64,000 nucleotides of DNA from a bacterium. Lineage in GTDB: Bacteria > UBA8248. Position numbers and translations under genes: made by a program. Every line of letters begins with the position of its first letter. Within the stretch, counting starts at the first letter, position 1. The DNA is taken from assembly GCA_965221165.1 (NCBI GenBank), contig CBDCRP010000003.1, positions 448,001-512,000 of the forward strand, read 5' to 3'. Below, in pieces: positions 40,584 through 54,367 of the stretch. The notes below the pieces were generated by a model that searched no databases, was not told the origin of the DNA, and saw only the letters and a list, made by a program, of their open reading frames with translations.

Positions 40584-41390
40584 TCAAGCGTCGGTTTCCT
40601 CGGGCCCCGGAGCGGCTTCGGGCGGAAGCTTGTCGCCATAGTCCACGCAGACCAGGGAAAGCCCCTGTGGCGGCGCGTTGACGCCCGCCAGAGCTCTGTT
40701 CCTGCCCGCAAGCACCTCCCGCACGGAATCGGCCTCGCGCTCCCCGCGGCCCACCTCCACCAGGACGCCGACCAGATTTCTCACCATGTGGCGCAGAAAC
40801 CCCTCCGCCGTCGCCTCGATGAGCACTTCATCGCCCGCGCGCTCCACGCTCAGGCGATCGAGGCGACGCACGGTGTCCTCGGGCCTCCCCTTCTCCCGAC
40901 AAAAGCTGGCGAAATCATGCTCTCCCTCGAGTATTCCCGCCGCCTGGCGCATCGCTTCGACATCGAGGCGTTTTCGCACGTGCCAAGTGTATGGTTGGCG
41001 GATGGCGCTCGGTGAACGGCGATTGAGGATGCGGTAACGATAGGTCTTGCGAACGGCGTCGAACTGGGCATGGAAACCGCCGGGCGCCTCCCTGCAATCG
41101 AAAATCGAGACGTCACGGCCCATCACGGTGTTCAGGCCGATGCGCACCTTGTAGGGTTCAATTTGCGAGCGCGTATGAAAATGCGCCACCTGTCCCCATG
41201 CGTGGACGCCGGCATCGGTGCGGCCCGAACCGATGATGCGTATCGGCTCGCCGCACATCTTCGTGAGCGCATCTTCTATTTCGCTCTGTACGGTTCGCTG
41301 ACCGGGCTGGGTCTGCCAACCGTGAAAATTCGTGCCCTCGTATTCTATCCACAGGACGAGGCAACGGGTATTTTCGGCGTTCATCGGCAA
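40584..41390 (-). CDS. truA: tRNA pseudouridine(38-40) synthase
   Basis: YEGTNFHGWQ.Q, GRTDAGVHA.GQ, GEHDFASF, FLRHMVR, APPQGL. Confidence 0.96.
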   Translation of the reverse strand: MPMNAENTRCLVLWIEYEGTNFHGWQTQPGQRTVQSEIEDALTKMCGEPIRIIGSGRTDAGVHAWGQVAHFHTRSQIEPYKVRIGLNTVMGRDVSIFDCREAPGGFHAQFDAVRKTYRYRILNRRSPSAIRQPYTWHVRKRLDVEAMRQAAGILEGEHDFASFCREKGRPEDTVRRLDRLSVERAGDEVLIEATAEGFLRHMVRNLVGVLVEVGRGEREADSVREVLAGRNRALAGVNAPPQGLSLVCVDYGDKLPPEAAPGPEETDA

Positions 41391-41395
41391 AGCGG

Positions 41396-44245
41396 CTAGG
41401 TGAGCGTCCCGTTCAGCGCTCCACGCAGGGAAATGCCCGTGGCGGAGGTCTCGATTTCGGCGATTCGCTCGGGCGGGCCTTCGGCGAGTAGATAACCGCC
41501 CTCCTCCCCTCCCTCGGGACCCAAATCGATGATGTGATCCGCCGATTTGATGACGTCCACGTTGTGCTCGATGACGACGACGGTGTTTCCTTGATCGACC
41601 AGGCGATGCAGCACACCCAGCAGCTTTTCGATGTCGGCGAAGTGAAGCCCCGTGGTCGGCTCATCGAGAATGTACACCGTCCTGCCGGTGGCCCGTTTGG
41701 CGAGTTCCCTGGAGAGCTTGATGCGCTGGGCCTCTCCGCCGCTCAACGTCGTGGCCGGCTGGCCCAGATGCAGATAGCCCAGACCCACGTCCTGGAGCGT
41801 CTTCATCTTCCAGCGTATGGCGTTGATGTTCTCGAAAAACGCTAACGCCTCATCCACCGTCTTCTCGAGCACCTCGGCAATGTTCCGCCCTTTGTAGCGG
41901 ATGTCGAGCGTGTCGCGGTTGAAGCGCCTGCTCTGGCATTCCGAACACTGCACGAACAAATCGGGCAAAAAGTGCATTTCCAGACGAATGTAGCCATCTC
42001 CCTGGCAGGCCTCACAGCGTCCCCCTTTGACGTTGAAGCTGAAGCGCCCGGCGAGATAGCCGCGCTTTCGCGCCTCGGGCACCTGGGAGAAAAGATTCCG
42101 AATCGGGGAGAACACGCCCGTGTAGGTGGCCGGATTACTCCTAGGCGTTCGCCCGATGGGCGATTGATCGATGGCGATGACCTTGTCGATGAGTTCCACG
42201 CCCTCGATGGAATCGTGCGCGCCGGGCGTGGCGAGCGAGCGGTATATGCGCCGTGAAAGCGCACGATAGAGAATCTCGTCCACCAGCGTGCTCTTGCCGC
42301 TGCCGCTCACGCCCGTGACGCATATGAGCAAGCCAAGCGGAAAATCCACGTCCACGTTCTTGAGATTGTGTTGCCGCGCCCCCCGGATGGAGATGCAATC
42401 TCCGCTCGGCGCGCGGCGCTGCTCCGGGCGGGGAATATCGACTTCGCCAGAGAGGTATCGCCCCGTCAGCGAATCGGCGTTCGAGCAAATATCGTCAGGC
42501 GCGCCGCAGGCCACGAGGTATCCGCCATGCTCACCCGCGCCGGGACCCAAATCCACCACGTAGTCGGCCGATTCGATGGTCTCCCTGTCGTGTTCGACGA
42601 CGATGATCGTGTTGCCCATGTCGCGGAGGCGGCGCAGCGTATCCAGAAGGCGGCGGTTGTCGCGCTGGTGCAGGCCGATACTCGGCTCATCGAGCACATA
42701 TAAAACGCCGACCAGACTGGAGCCGATCTGGCTCGCCAGCCGGATTCTCTGGCCCTCGCCTCCCGCAAGCGTTCCCGAAGGTCTGTCTAGCGTGAGGTAG
42801 TTCAGCCCCACTTTTTCGAGAAATTCGAGCCGTTCGATGATTTCCTTCAAAATCCGCTCTGCCACGAGGTCGCTCCCACCCGCGCGGTTTTGTTCTTCAA
42901 AAAAAGCGCGCAGGTTCTTGATGCTCATGGCGGAGACCTCGGCGATGCTTTTTCCGCCATAGGTTACGGCGAGGCTCTCGGGCTTTAAGCGTCCACCCGC
43001 ACAGGCCTCACACGGCATGACGCTCATGTATTTTTCCAAATCCGCTCTCATGCCATCGCTCGCCGTCTTCTCCATACGCTCGGCGAGGGCCGGCACGACG
43101 CCCGGGAAAACGCGCTCGCGCCTGAGCGTGCGTCTGCCCGTCTTGTGGCGGATTTTCAGCTTCCCGCCTCTGCTCCCGTAGAACAGGATGTTCTTGTGTC
43201 TTTTGGAGAGTTTCGCGAAAGGCTTGTCCACCGGGATCTTTTCGGCCTCCATGAACGCGCGCAAGGCGGAAGCCAGAAAACTCTTACTCCCCGCAAGCGG
43301 GGCGATGGCCCCCTCATCCAGCGTGAGCTTCGGATCGGGAACGACTTTTGCCTCATCCATCCGGTGAACCACCCCCAGGCCGCCGCACTCCGTACACGCC
43401 CCGTAGGGGCTGTTGAAAGAGAACATGCGCGGTGCCATCTCGGGAATGTTCACACCGCACGTCGCACAGGTGCATTCCTCGCTGAAAAGATACTCGGTGC
43501 TGTTGTCCTCGAGAAGAATCACCAGCCCTTTGGCGAGCCCGAGGGCCGTCTCGATGGATTCCCCGAGACGTTTTTCTACGCCCGGGCGGAGGACGACATA
43601 GTCCACCACCACCTCGATGTTGTGCGTCATGTGGCGGTTGAGCGATATCTCATCGCCGAGCTGGAAAAACCGTCCGTCCACCCGCACCTTGAGATATCCC
43701 TTCCGCTCTAAGTCCTCGAACTCCCTTCGGTATATCCCCTTGCGGCCACGCACGATGGGAGCGAGAATCTCAAGCGCTTTCCCCGCGCCCAAGCCCATCG
43801 CCCGGCTTACCATCTGCTCCACGTTGAGCGCGTTCATGGATTGTCCGCACGAGGGGCAGTGCGGCAGGCCGAGGCGTGCGTAGAGAAGCCGCAGATGATC
43901 GTAGATCTCCGTCACCGTGCCGACGGTGGAGCGCGGGTTATTGCTTACCGTTTTCTGTTCGATGGCGATGGTGGGCGAGAGGCCCTCGATGGAATCGACG
44001 TCGGGCTTGCCGATCTGATCGATGAACTGGCGCGCGTAGGCGGAGAGGGATTCGATGTAGCGGCGCTGTCCCTCGCCGTAGAGGGTATCGAAGGCGAGAG
44101 AACTCTTGCCCGAGCCGCTCAGGCCCGTGATGACGATGAGCCTGTCGCGCGGCATGTCGAGGCTTAAGTCCTTGAGGTTGTGCTCGCGCGCACCCCGGAC
44201 CCGGATTTTCCTCTCTCGCCGTGTTCTTCCGTTCAGGGACGACAT
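41396..44245 (-). CDS. uvrA: Excinuclease ABC subunit A
   Basis: [22 protein letters not shown], zinc fingers, second [20 protein letters not shown]; ATG at 44245. Confidence 0.97.
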   Translation of the reverse strand: MSSLNGRTRRERKIRVRGAREHNLKDLSLDMPRDRLIVITGLSGSGKSSLAFDTLYGEGQRRYIESLSAYARQFIDQIGKPDVDSIEGLSPTIAIEQKTVSNNPRSTVGTVTEIYDHLRLLYARLGLPHCPSCGQSMNALNVEQMVSRAMGLGAGKALEILAPIVRGRKGIYRREFEDLERKGYLKVRVDGRFFQLGDEISLNRHMTHNIEVVVDYVVLRPGVEKRLGESIETALGLAKGLVILLEDNSTEYLFSEECTCATCGVNIPEMAPRMFSFNSPYGACTECGGLGVVHRMDEAKVVPDPKLTLDEGAIAPLAGSKSFLASALRAFMEAEKIPVDKPFAKLSKRHKNILFYGSRGGKLKIRHKTGRRTLRRERVFPGVVPALAERMEKTASDGMRADLEKYMSVMPCEACAGGRLKPESLAVTYGGKSIAEVSAMSIKNLRAFFEEQNRAGGSDLVAERILKEIIERLEFLEKVGLNYLTLDRPSGTLAGGEGQRIRLASQIGSSLVGVLYVLDEPSIGLHQRDNRRLLDTLRRLRDMGNTIIVVEHDRETIESADYVVDLGPGAGEHGGYLVACGAPDDICSNADSLTGRYLSGEVDIPRPEQRRAPSGDCISIRGARQHNLKNVDVDFPLGLLICVTGVSGSGKSTLVDEILYRALSRRIYRSLATPGAHDSIEGVELIDKVIAIDQSPIGRTPRSNPATYTGVFSPIRNLFSQVPEARKRGYLAGRFSFNVKGGRCEACQGDGYIRLEMHFLPDLFVQCSECQSRRFNRDTLDIRYKGRNIAEVLEKTVDEALAFFENINAIRWKMKTLQDVGLGYLHLGQPATTLSGGEAQRIKLSRELAKRATGRTVYILDEPTTGLHFADIEKLLGVLHRLVDQGNTVVVIEHNVDVIKSADHIIDLGPEGGEEGGYLLAEGPPERIAEIETSATGISLRGALNGTLT

Positions 44246-44310
44246 GAACTCTCCCGGCGCGCGCCGCCGCGCGGAGGCGGGGCCTCGCAAAGAGCGAGAC
44301 GATGAGCGGG

Positions 44311-45084
44311 CTAGTACCAGATGAGCCCGCCCGTCACGTTGATGTCCTGGGCGGTCATGTGAGCGGCCTCCTCAGAGGCCAGGAAAACGCACAAGGCGGC
44401 GTGATCTTCCGCGTCGACGAGCGTCTTGAGAGCCGCCGGCGCGGTGAAGGTCTGCTTCGCCTCCTCGAAGGTGGTGCCGAAACTCTGCGCCATGTTATCG
44501 ATGACGCTGTCGATCCTGGGGCCCGAGGTGGCTCCGGGGCAAATCGCGTTCACCGTGACGCCGTACTCGCCGAGTTCGAACGCGAGGGTGCGCGTCAAGC
44601 CGATGACCGCCATCTTGGACGCCGTGTAGGGCGTGCGGTTCGGCAGGGGGCGCTTGCCGCTCATCGAACTGATGTTGAGGATGCGCCCGTATTTGTTCTT
44701 CTTCATCGTGGGGATGACGTGCTTCGTCATCAGGAACGTGCCCGTGACGTTGACGCCGAAGCACTCCTCCCATTCCTCGCGCGTCACGTCCTCACACGCC
44801 TGCGTGGGGCCTGCGATACCGGAGTTGTTCACGAGGATGTCGATGGTCCCGAACTCGGCGAGCGTCTTCTCGACGAGGGCCTGAACCTCGGCCTCGTCCG
44901 TGAGGTCGGTGGGCGCGACGAGGGAGGCGCCGTCCGGCATCCCGGCGGCGGTGTCTTCTAAATTCGCGTGTGTGCGCGCGGCGAGCACGACCTTGGCCCC
45001 CTCGCGCGCGAACGTCAGCGCGATGACTTTTCCGATACCCTGCCCCGCCCCGGTGACGATGGCGACTTTATCCTTCAAACGCAT
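44311..45084 (-). CDS. SDR family oxidoreductase
   Basis: [26 protein letters not shown]. Confidence 0.93.
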   Translation of the reverse strand: MRLKDKVAIVTGAGQGIGKVIALTFAREGAKVVLAARTHANLEDTAAGMPDGASLVAPTDLTDEAEVQALVEKTLAEFGTIDILVNNSGIAGPTQACEDVTREEWEECFGVNVTGTFLMTKHVIPTMKKNKYGRILNISSMSGKRPLPNRTPYTASKMAVIGLTRTLAFELGEYGVTVNAICPGATSGPRIDSVIDNMAQSFGTTFEEAKQTFTAPAALKTLVDAEDHAALCVFLASEEAAHMTAQDINVTGGLIWY

Positions 45085-45127
45085 ATTATGACTTCTCCCG
45101 TTGAGCCAGGTACGAATGTATGAATGT

Positions 45128-45550
45128 TCATTCCGCCGAGGGCAGTTCCGCTCCCGGGAACCAATAGCCCAACTCGAAAGCGGCGGTATCGGGCGCGTCG
45201 GAGCCGTGCGTGGAGTTGCGCTCGATGCTCTCGCCCAATTCCGCGCGAATCGTTCCCGGATCGGCCTCCGCGGGGTTCGTCGCGCCCATCACGTCGCGCC
45301 AGCGCCTGATGGCGTCCTCGCGCTCGAGGGCCAGCACCACCGTGCGGCCTGAGGACATGAACGTCGTGAGATCGCCGAAGAAGGGGCGTTCCCTGTGAAC
45401 CGCGTAAAAACCCTCGGCCTGCGCTTTCGACATGCGGACGAGCTTCATGCCCAGAACCTCGAAACCCTCCTCCTCGATGCGCGAGAGAATCCTGCCGCTG
45501 AGGCCGCGCTCGGTGGCGTCGGGTTTAATCATCGCGAACGTGCGTTCCAT
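45128..45550 (-). CDS. ndk: Nucleoside diphosphate kinase
   Basis: [27 protein letters not shown]. Confidence 0.97.
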   Translation of the reverse strand: MERTFAMIKPDATERGLSGRILSRIEEEGFEVLGMKLVRMSKAQAEGFYAVHRERPFFGDLTTFMSSGRTVVLALEREDAIRRWRDVMGATNPAEADPGTIRAELGESIERNSTHGSDAPDTAAFELGYWFPGAELPSAE

Positions 45551-45577
45551 ATGCTGTTTCCCTTTCCGTGTGTGGCG

Positions 45578-46474
45578 TTATGCCCCACCCAGCGCCTTGG
45601 CCATGGTCAGGCCCATCTCGGCCGGGCTTTCGGTGACGTGAATGCCGCATTCGTCCATGACCCGCATCTTCTCGGCCGCGGTGCCCTCCCCGCCGGAGAT
45701 AATCGCGCCCGCGTGGCCCATCCGCCGGCCCGGAGGAGCCGTCTGGCCCGCGATGAAGCCCACGAGCGGCTTCGTGACGTTCTCCTTCGCCCAGCGCGCC
45801 GCGTCCTGCTCGGCGGAGCCGCCGATCTCGCCGATCACGATGATGGCCTCGGTCTTCGGGTCGTCCTCGAACATGCGCAAGAGATCGATGTACATCGTGC
45901 CGATGACGGGGTCGCCCCCGATCCCCACGCAGGTGGTCTGGCCCAGACCCTGCTCCGTGAGCTGGGCGACGACCTCATATGTGAGCGTGCCGCTCTTCGA
46001 GATGACGCCGATGGTGCCTTCCTTGTGAATGTGGCCCGGCATGATGCCCATCTTACAGCCGCCGGGCGTGATGACGCCCGGGCAGTTGGGGCCGATGAGC
46101 ACGGCTTCGCCCTCTTCCATGTGGCGTTTCACATACACCATGTCGCGCACCGGAATGCCCTCGGTGATGCACACCACGAGCGGGAGCCCTGCGTCCACGG
46201 CCTCCACGATGGCGTCCGCCGCGAAGGGGGGCGGCACGAAGATGAGCGAGGCGTTCGCGCCCGTCTCGCGGACCGCCTCGGCCACCGTATTGAACACGGG
46301 CGCGCCGTCCGCCTCCTGGCCGCCCTTGCCGGGCGTCACGCCGGCCACCACCGCGCCGCCGCCGCCCGCGAACTCGCGGCTGTATTTTTGACATTGTCCC
46401 GCGTGAAAGCCTCCCTCGCGCCCGGTGATGCCCTGCACGAGGATGCGCGTCTCCTTGTCGATCAGAATACTCAA
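45578..46474 (-). CDS. sucD: Succinyl-CoA synthetase alpha subunit
   Basis: [34 protein letters not shown] phospho-His motif. Confidence 0.96.
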   Translation of the reverse strand: MSILIDKETRILVQGITGREGGFHAGQCQKYSREFAGGGGAVVAGVTPGKGGQEADGAPVFNTVAEAVRETGANASLIFVPPPFAADAIVEAVDAGLPLVVCITEGIPVRDMVYVKRHMEEGEAVLIGPNCPGVITPGGCKMGIMPGHIHKEGTIGVISKSGTLTYEVVAQLTEQGLGQTTCVGIGGDPVIGTMYIDLLRMFEDDPKTEAIIVIGEIGGSAEQDAARWAKENVTKPLVGFIAGQTAPPGRRMGHAGAIISGGEGTAAEKMRVMDECGIHVTESPAEMGLTMAKALGGA

Positions 46475-46485
46475 AACCAGACCCC

Positions 46486-47646
46486 CTAGCGTTTAAGGGC
46501 CGCGACCACCTTCTCGGCGGAATCGGCCATGGCATTGCCCACGGTGAAATCGAGACCCGAGCCTTCGAGTATCTCGCGGCCCTTCTCCACGTTCGTCCCC
46601 TCCATGCGGATGATGATGGGCACGTTCACGTTCACGGTCTTGACCGCCTCCACGACGCCTTCGGCGAGAATGTCGCAGCGCAGAATGCCGCCGAAGATGT
46701 TGATGAAAACGGCCTTCACGTCCGGATCGTCCATGAGGATGCGAAAGGCGTTCTCCACCATCTCCTTGCTCGCGCCGCCGCCCACGTCGAGGAAGTTCGC
46801 GGGGGACGCCCCGGCGAGTTTGATGATGTCCATCGTCGCCATGGCGAGGCCAGCGCCGTTCACCATGCAGGCGACCGAGCCGTCGAGCTTGATGTAGTTG
46901 AGGTTGAATTTCGAGGCCTCGACCTCGAGCGGATCTTCTTCGTCCTCATCGCGCATCGCGGCCACCTCCTCGTGGCGGTAGAGCGCGTTGTCGTCAAAAT
47001 TCACCTTGGCGTCGAGCGCGAGGATGCGGCCGTCCTTCGTCTGCACCAGGGGGTTGATCTCGAGGAGGGAAGCGTCCATTTCGTCATAAAACCGATAGAG
47101 ATTCGTGACGAATTTGACCCCCTCGCGAACGAGGTCGGCGGGTAAATCCAGTCCATAGACGACGCGCCGCGCAGTCGAGGGCCAAATGGATAATGCCGGG
47201 TCGACGGGAACCTTCAGGAGTTTTTCGGGCGTTTTCGCGGCCACCTCCTCGATGTCCATACCGCCCTCGGTGCTGGCCATAATGGTGGGGCGGCCCGTGG
47301 CGCGGTCGAGTACGATGCCGAGATAGAGTTCTCGCTCGATGTCGCTCGCCTCCTCTACCCAGACCTTCTTGACGAGACGACCTTCCGGCCCCGTCTGGTG
47401 CGTCACCAGCGTCATGCCGAGAATCTGCGAGGCCGCCTCTTTCGCCTCCGCAGGCGTCCCGGCCAGCTTGACGCCGCCGCCCTTGCCGCGCCCGCCGGCG
47501 TGAATCTGCGCCTTGACGACCACCGTGCCGCCCAGATCCGCAGCGATGCGCTCGGCCGCATCCGCCGTCTCGGCGACCCCGCCCCTCGGGACGGCCACGC
47601 CGTATTTCGCAAGTAATTCCTTGCCTTGGTACTCGTGGATGTTCAT
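46486..47646 (-). CDS. sucC: Succinyl-CoA synthetase beta subunit
   Basis: [44 protein letters not shown]. Confidence 0.96.
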   Translation of the reverse strand: MNIHEYQGKELLAKYGVAVPRGGVAETADAAERIAADLGGTVVVKAQIHAGGRGKGGGVKLAGTPAEAKEAASQILGMTLVTHQTGPEGRLVKKVWVEEASDIERELYLGIVLDRATGRPTIMASTEGGMDIEEVAAKTPEKLLKVPVDPALSIWPSTARRVVYGLDLPADLVREGVKFVTNLYRFYDEMDASLLEINPLVQTKDGRILALDAKVNFDDNALYRHEEVAAMRDEDEEDPLEVEASKFNLNYIKLDGSVACMVNGAGLAMATMDIIKLAGASPANFLDVGGGASKEMVENAFRILMDDPDVKAVFINIFGGILRCDILAEGVVEAVKTVNVNVPIIIRMEGTNVEKGREILEGSGLDFTVGNAMADSAEKVVAALKR

Positions 47647-47746
47647 CCAGCCCCTCCAGAATCAATGCGAAAATGAATTTTAATGCTGAACCCTCACGTG
47701 CAAATCCCGCGTCTCGAAAACCGATGCCGAAACGCACGAGCGGGCC

Positions 47747-48292
47747 TCACTTTGCAAACTTCTTAAAGCCTTCCGCGAAAATATCTTGCCCCCGGCTGTC
47801 CACGGCAACCACGACCGGAAATTTTTCGACCACCAGCCTGCGAATCGCCTCGGTCCCCAAATCCTCGTAAGCGATGAGTTCGACCTCCTTGACCCGCTTC
47901 GCCAGCAGGGCGGCCGTTCCGCCAATGGCCGCGAAATAGACGGCGCGATGACGGGCGATGGCCTCCACCACCGCCGGGCTCCTGCCCCCCTTGCCTATCA
48001 TTCCGGTGAGGCCGAGTTCCAGCATCCTGGGCGTGTAGGCGTCCATGCGACCGCTCGTCGTGGGTCCCGCCGAGCCGATGATGGCCCCCGGCTTGGGCGG
48101 CGTCGGCCCCACGTAGAAGAGCACCTGGCCCGCCACCTCGATAGGCAGGGTTTCTCCGCGCGCCGCCTCCTCAAGCATTCGTTTGTGGGCTGCATCCCGC
48201 GCCGTATAGAGGACGCCGCTCAACTCGCACATATCACCCATCGAGAGGGATTCCACCACCTCGGGGTCGAGCGGCAGGCCGATCGTCCGCAT
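47747..48292 (-). CDS. Fe-S fumarate hydratase/tartrate dehydratase beta subunit
   Basis: TARDAAHKR, GPTTSGRMD, IGKG, DLGTEAI, VDSRG. Confidence 0.92.
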   Translation of the reverse strand: MRTIGLPLDPEVVESLSMGDMCELSGVLYTARDAAHKRMLEEAARGETLPIEVAGQVLFYVGPTPPKPGAIIGSAGPTTSGRMDAYTPRMLELGLTGMIGKGGRSPAVVEAIARHRAVYFAAIGGTAALLAKRVKEVELIAYEDLGTEAIRRLVVEKFPVVVAVDSRGQDIFAEGFKKFAK

Positions 48293-48293
48293 C

Positions 48294-49154
48294 CTAGAGC
48301 ACCACCTCGGCGTGGCGATGCGCGTGGCATTCCACGTTCACGCAAATCGGCAGCGCTCCGATGTGGCAGGCGTAGGTTTCGACGTGCACGGCGATGCAGG
48401 TGGTGTCCCCGCCCATGCCCATCGGCCCTACGCCGGTCCTGTTCACCGCCTCGAGTATGTCACGTTCGAGTTCTGCGACGAGGGGATCGGGGTTGGGCGC
48501 GCCCAATTCGCGAAACAATGCCCACTTTGCCTGAAGCGCCGCCTTTTCAATCGAGCCGCCCAGACCGATGCCCAATAAAATGGGGGGACATGGGTTCCCC
48601 CCCGATTTGAAAACGTGGTCGACAATCGTCTGAATCACTCCCTCGCGGCCATCCGATGGCTTGAGCATGCGCGCCATGCTCATGTTTTCGGCACCCGTTC
48701 CCTTCGCGGCGAAATAGAGTTTTAGGCGATCACCCTCAACAACGCGGTAGTGGATGACCGCGGGCGTGTTGTCCTTGGTGTTCACGCGGCGGAGCGGGTC
48801 GTTGACCACCGAGCCGCGCAAATAACCGTCCCGATAGCCCTGGCGAATCCCCTCGTTGATGGCGTCCTCCAGAAGCCCGCCTTCTATGTGGACGTCCTGG
48901 CCTACCTCGGCGAAGACGATGGAAACGCCCGTGTCCTGGCAATAAGGCACGCGCTCGGCGGACGCCAGCGCCGCGTTCTCGGTAATCTGGTCGAGCACCA
49001 TGAGGCCGAGAGAGGAGGTTTCACCGGCTTTCGCCTCTTCGACCTTCCGCACGTAGGCGGGGTCGACATGGTAGTTCGACTCGATGGACATCTCGCGAAT
49101 CCTGGCCGTCACTTCGCCTGCGTCTATCGTTCGCATCGCACGTCCATCCCCCAA
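48294..49154 (-). CDS. Fe-S fumarate hydratase/tartrate dehydratase alpha subunit
   Basis: CQDTG, NT.DNTPA, KGTGAEN, NPCPP, CHI..LP..VN.ECHA.RH; alternative start at 49136. Confidence 0.92.
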   Translation of the reverse strand: MGDGRAMRTIDAGEVTARIREMSIESNYHVDPAYVRKVEEAKAGETSSLGLMVLDQITENAALASAERVPYCQDTGVSIVFAEVGQDVHIEGGLLEDAINEGIRQGYRDGYLRGSVVNDPLRRVNTKDNTPAVIHYRVVEGDRLKLYFAAKGTGAENMSMARMLKPSDGREGVIQTIVDHVFKSGGNPCPPILLGIGLGGSIEKAALQAKWALFRELGAPNPDPLVAELERDILEAVNRTGVGPMGMGGDTTCIAVHVETYACHIGALPICVNVECHAHRHAEVVL

Positions 49155-49178
49155 GTATTCTTCGGTGAAGCAGCGCGC

Positions 49179-50126
<948 letters not shown>

Positions 50127-50145
50127 TTAGATTACATGTTCTAGA

Positions 50146-51396
<1,251 letters not shown>

Positions 51397-51845
51397 TCAA
51401 TGCTCCCCTTAAGTTTCGTCATGCGAAAAAATACGTCGCCGAAAATACGAGAAAACGGAATAGCGGTTTCGTTCAAAGATAAAATTCGCCGAACGGCACC
51501 CGAAAGAATTTTTGGGGCAGAACGCTCGCCACTCATCAAAACGAACTTTACCGCCCTCTCCATATCACGTCCCCCGCTCCGATGCCAGCCGGGGGGAGAA
51601 GATTTTTCATCTCCCGGAGGCATCATAATCCGGCTGGAACCCAGGGGTGAATTCTGATAGGGTGGGGTTGATTTTCAGGTGGCGCGACGCCGGTCGGCAA
51701 ACCTGAACAATTCGATAAATTTAGATAAATTGACGATGTTTTTCGATAAATTTCCGAGGTATTACTGAGGCGCGCTACATCAAGGATGCTCTCATAAAAC
51801 TCGTTCAAAGTCAAGCAGTTATCCTCCCCCGACACGCGGTTTCCC

Positions 51846-52679
51846 ATGGCACATCACACAAGACGAAAACTCGGCCAACATTTCCTGCACGAGAAGAAGT
51901 ATCTCACGCAAATCATTGATTTAGCAGATATTACTCCCGGAGAGCATGTGCTTGAAATCGGCGTGGGCGAAGGCGCTCTCACGCGATACCTCCTCAATGC
52001 CGGCGCCATCGTCCACGGCATCGAGATAGACGAAGCCCTCATCCCTGCGCTCAAGAAGATGGAGGATGAGCACGAGAGATTTCATCTGATTCACGGCGAC
52101 GCGCTCACCCTCGACTACGCCGTTCTCCCGGAGAAGATGAAGCTGGTGGCGAATCTGCCCTACCAGGTCGCCTCGGCCATCACCTCGCAAGTTACTAAAA
52201 AGATTGACCAATTTCCTCTCATGGTTTTGATGGTGCAGCGCGAGGTGGGCGGGAGGCTGTGCTCCGAACCAGGTGGAAAAGACTATGGCTCACTCACCCT
52301 TTGGGTGGGGTATCGCTACGAGGTGAAGCTGTGCCAGGTGGTGCCACCGGGCGCGTTTCGCCCGCCGCCCAAGGTCGATTCCGCGATCATGCGCCTCACG
52401 GCGAGAGAGGAACCCCAGGTGGAGGTGGCGGATGAAAATCTCTATTTCCAGATTATTCAGGCGGGTTTCGCCCACCGCAGAAAAACGCTGTTCAATAATC
52501 TCAAATCATTGAATTTACTTGAGTTAAAAGATGTGAACAGATTCTCCTCAAACCCCGAGGCTTTGCGAAACCTTCTTGGAAGAGCAGACATCGACCCCGG
52601 CCGGCGCGCCGAAACCCTGGACGCTCAAGAATTCGCGAGAATTGCCCGAGCCATGGAATCTCTCATGGGTGGTGCGTAG
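51846..52679 (+). CDS. rsmA: 16S rRNA m6,2A1518/1519 dimethyltransferase
   Basis: LGQHFL, LEIGVG.G, VANLPY, F.P.PKVDS, RRKTL.N, RAETL. Confidence 0.95.
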   Translation: MAHHTRRKLGQHFLHEKKYLTQIIDLADITPGEHVLEIGVGEGALTRYLLNAGAIVHGIEIDEALIPALKKMEDEHERFHLIHGDALTLDYAVLPEKMKLVANLPYQVASAITSQVTKKIDQFPLMVLMVQREVGGRLCSEPGGKDYGSLTLWVGYRYEVKLCQVVPPGAFRPPPKVDSAIMRLTAREEPQVEVADENLYFQIIQAGFAHRRKTLFNNLKSLNLLELKDVNRFSSNPEALRNLLGRADIDPGRRAETLDAQEFARIARAMESLMGGA

Positions 52680-52682
52680 ACG

Positions 52683-53567
52683 TTGGCAACCAGAATCTTG
52701 ATTTACCGAATGGGAGCATTCGGGGACACTCTGCTATTGGCTTTATTATTCAAACATTTACGTGCTTACTATGAAAACGTTCACATCACGCTGGCAGCAA
52801 ACCCCAATTATGCAGCCTCACTACTCGACTCGGGGCTGATTCACGAAATTCTCGATGGGGGAGCAGCCCCTTTCCACCTCCTGTTTCACGACCAACCACT
52901 GGAAAACGACGCGTTATATCAACTCATCGAGCCCTACGATACGTGCATGTTCTACACTTCGGACATTTCAGGAGATCTCGCTAAACGGCTGAAATCAAGT
53001 GGGTCGGATAAATTTCAGATCTATCCGCCTTTTCCTCCTGCCTCAGAAGAAATTCACATTTGTGAGTGGATAATGCGTCCTTGGCCATCTTTGGGTCCTA
53101 CCAAGAATGAGAAAGTCACACTGAAATCTTCACAAAAAAATTTAATTTTAGCTGATAAAATATTGAATAAATATGGAATAAAGGATTATTTCTTCATCAT
53201 CCATCCGGGCGGCGGGGGGAAGAACAAATGGGTTCCCCTGAAGATTCTCACCGAAGTCGGGCGAATACATGCGGATGAAACGGGCCATCGATCCATCCTG
53301 GTGGAAGGGCCTGCGGATTCGGTGGCCTGCGGGGAATTTCAAAGGCTTTGGAACGATCCCATCCCGACCTTCAAGGAAGTCCCACCCAAAGTTCTAAGCG
53401 CTATTTTATCAAAATCTTCTGCGTATTTTGGAGGGGATTCCGGCGTTTCTCATCTCGCGTCTCTTTATGCGCCGGACGCCACGATACTTTATGGTCCTTA
53501 TTCCAACATGCGGGTTTGGCACCCCATAGGTTCTCACACGCACTGTGTTCCATGGGAAACAATATGA
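52683..53567 (+). CDS. Glycosyltransferase family 9 (heptosyltransferase-like)
   Basis: R.GAFGD, HPGGG...KW, GGDSGVSHLA, LYGP. Confidence 0.8.
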   Translation: MATRILIYRMGAFGDTLLLALLFKHLRAYYENVHITLAANPNYAASLLDSGLIHEILDGGAAPFHLLFHDQPLENDALYQLIEPYDTCMFYTSDISGDLAKRLKSSGSDKFQIYPPFPPASEEIHICEWIMRPWPSLGPTKNEKVTLKSSQKNLILADKILNKYGIKDYFFIIHPGGGGKNKWVPLKILTEVGRIHADETGHRSILVEGPADSVACGEFQRLWNDPIPTFKEVPPKVLSAILSKSSAYFGGDSGVSHLASLYAPDATILYGPYSNMRVWHPIGSHTHCVPWETI

Positions 53568-53636
53568 GGGGTTGAGTCTTTTTATTCTTTGAGTCTATTT
53601 TTGCCAAGACAGACGAAACCCCAACAAAAACAAACA

Positions 53637-54365
53637 TCAACCAATAAAGTTGGCCAGCCTGCCCCAGCGCGGTGAACCCGAATCTCCGTTCCAAGACCAA
53701 TAAATCATGAAAGCGGAGCCACGGAGTTTATCGTCCCAACACGGCGTAGACCATAACGAACAAGGAAAAGGCAATACAAAAGCATAACCCGCAAAACGGA
53801 CAGGTATATGATTCACACGCTCACCCATTTTCAAAAAACCCCAAAAACGGCTGTCTTGGCTGTTGTTTCGGTTATCCCCAAGCATAAACAGATGATTCAG
53901 CGGGACTTTCTGGGGACCCCATTTACTCTCAAAACCCACGGCGGCATCATTTGGCTTAAACCGCACGTATTTCTCATCCAGAGACGCACATTTTTCCGGC
54001 GTGTTCGGCGTGGCGCAATTGATGAACACTTTTTTTCCGCGAACCATCACCTCCTCGCCCGGCAAAGCTATGACGCGCTTGATGAAATCCCGCCGTTCAT
54101 CTTTAGGAAATCTGAACACGATAATGTCTCCGCGCCTAGGCTTACGGAACCAAAATATGAATTTATTGACCAGTATATGATCTCCGACAAGGAGAGTATT
54201 TTCCATCGACCCCGAGGGTATCTTGAATGCTTGCACCACGAAGGTGCGTACGAACATAGCTAGCAATAAAGCAATGATGATCGCTTCGCTGTATTCACGA
54301 AAAGTTGATTTTGATTTGCGCTTACTCTTCGCGCTCTTGCTCGTTGCTAAACTAGCATCCGACAC
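53637..54365 (-). CDS. lepB: Signal peptidase I
   Basis: IPSGSM..TL..GD, FIKRVI..PG, GDNRNNSQDSRFWG; follows lepA. Confidence 0.95.
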   Translation of the reverse strand: MSDASLATSKSAKSKRKSKSTFREYSEAIIIALLLAMFVRTFVVQAFKIPSGSMENTLLVGDHILVNKFIFWFRKPRRGDIIVFRFPKDERRDFIKRVIALPGEEVMVRGKKVFINCATPNTPEKCASLDEKYVRFKPNDAAVGFESKWGPQKVPLNHLFMLGDNRNNSQDSRFWGFLKMGERVNHIPVRFAGYAFVLPFPCSLWSTPCWDDKLRGSAFMIYWSWNGDSGSPRWGRLANFIG

Positions 54366-54367
54366 AT

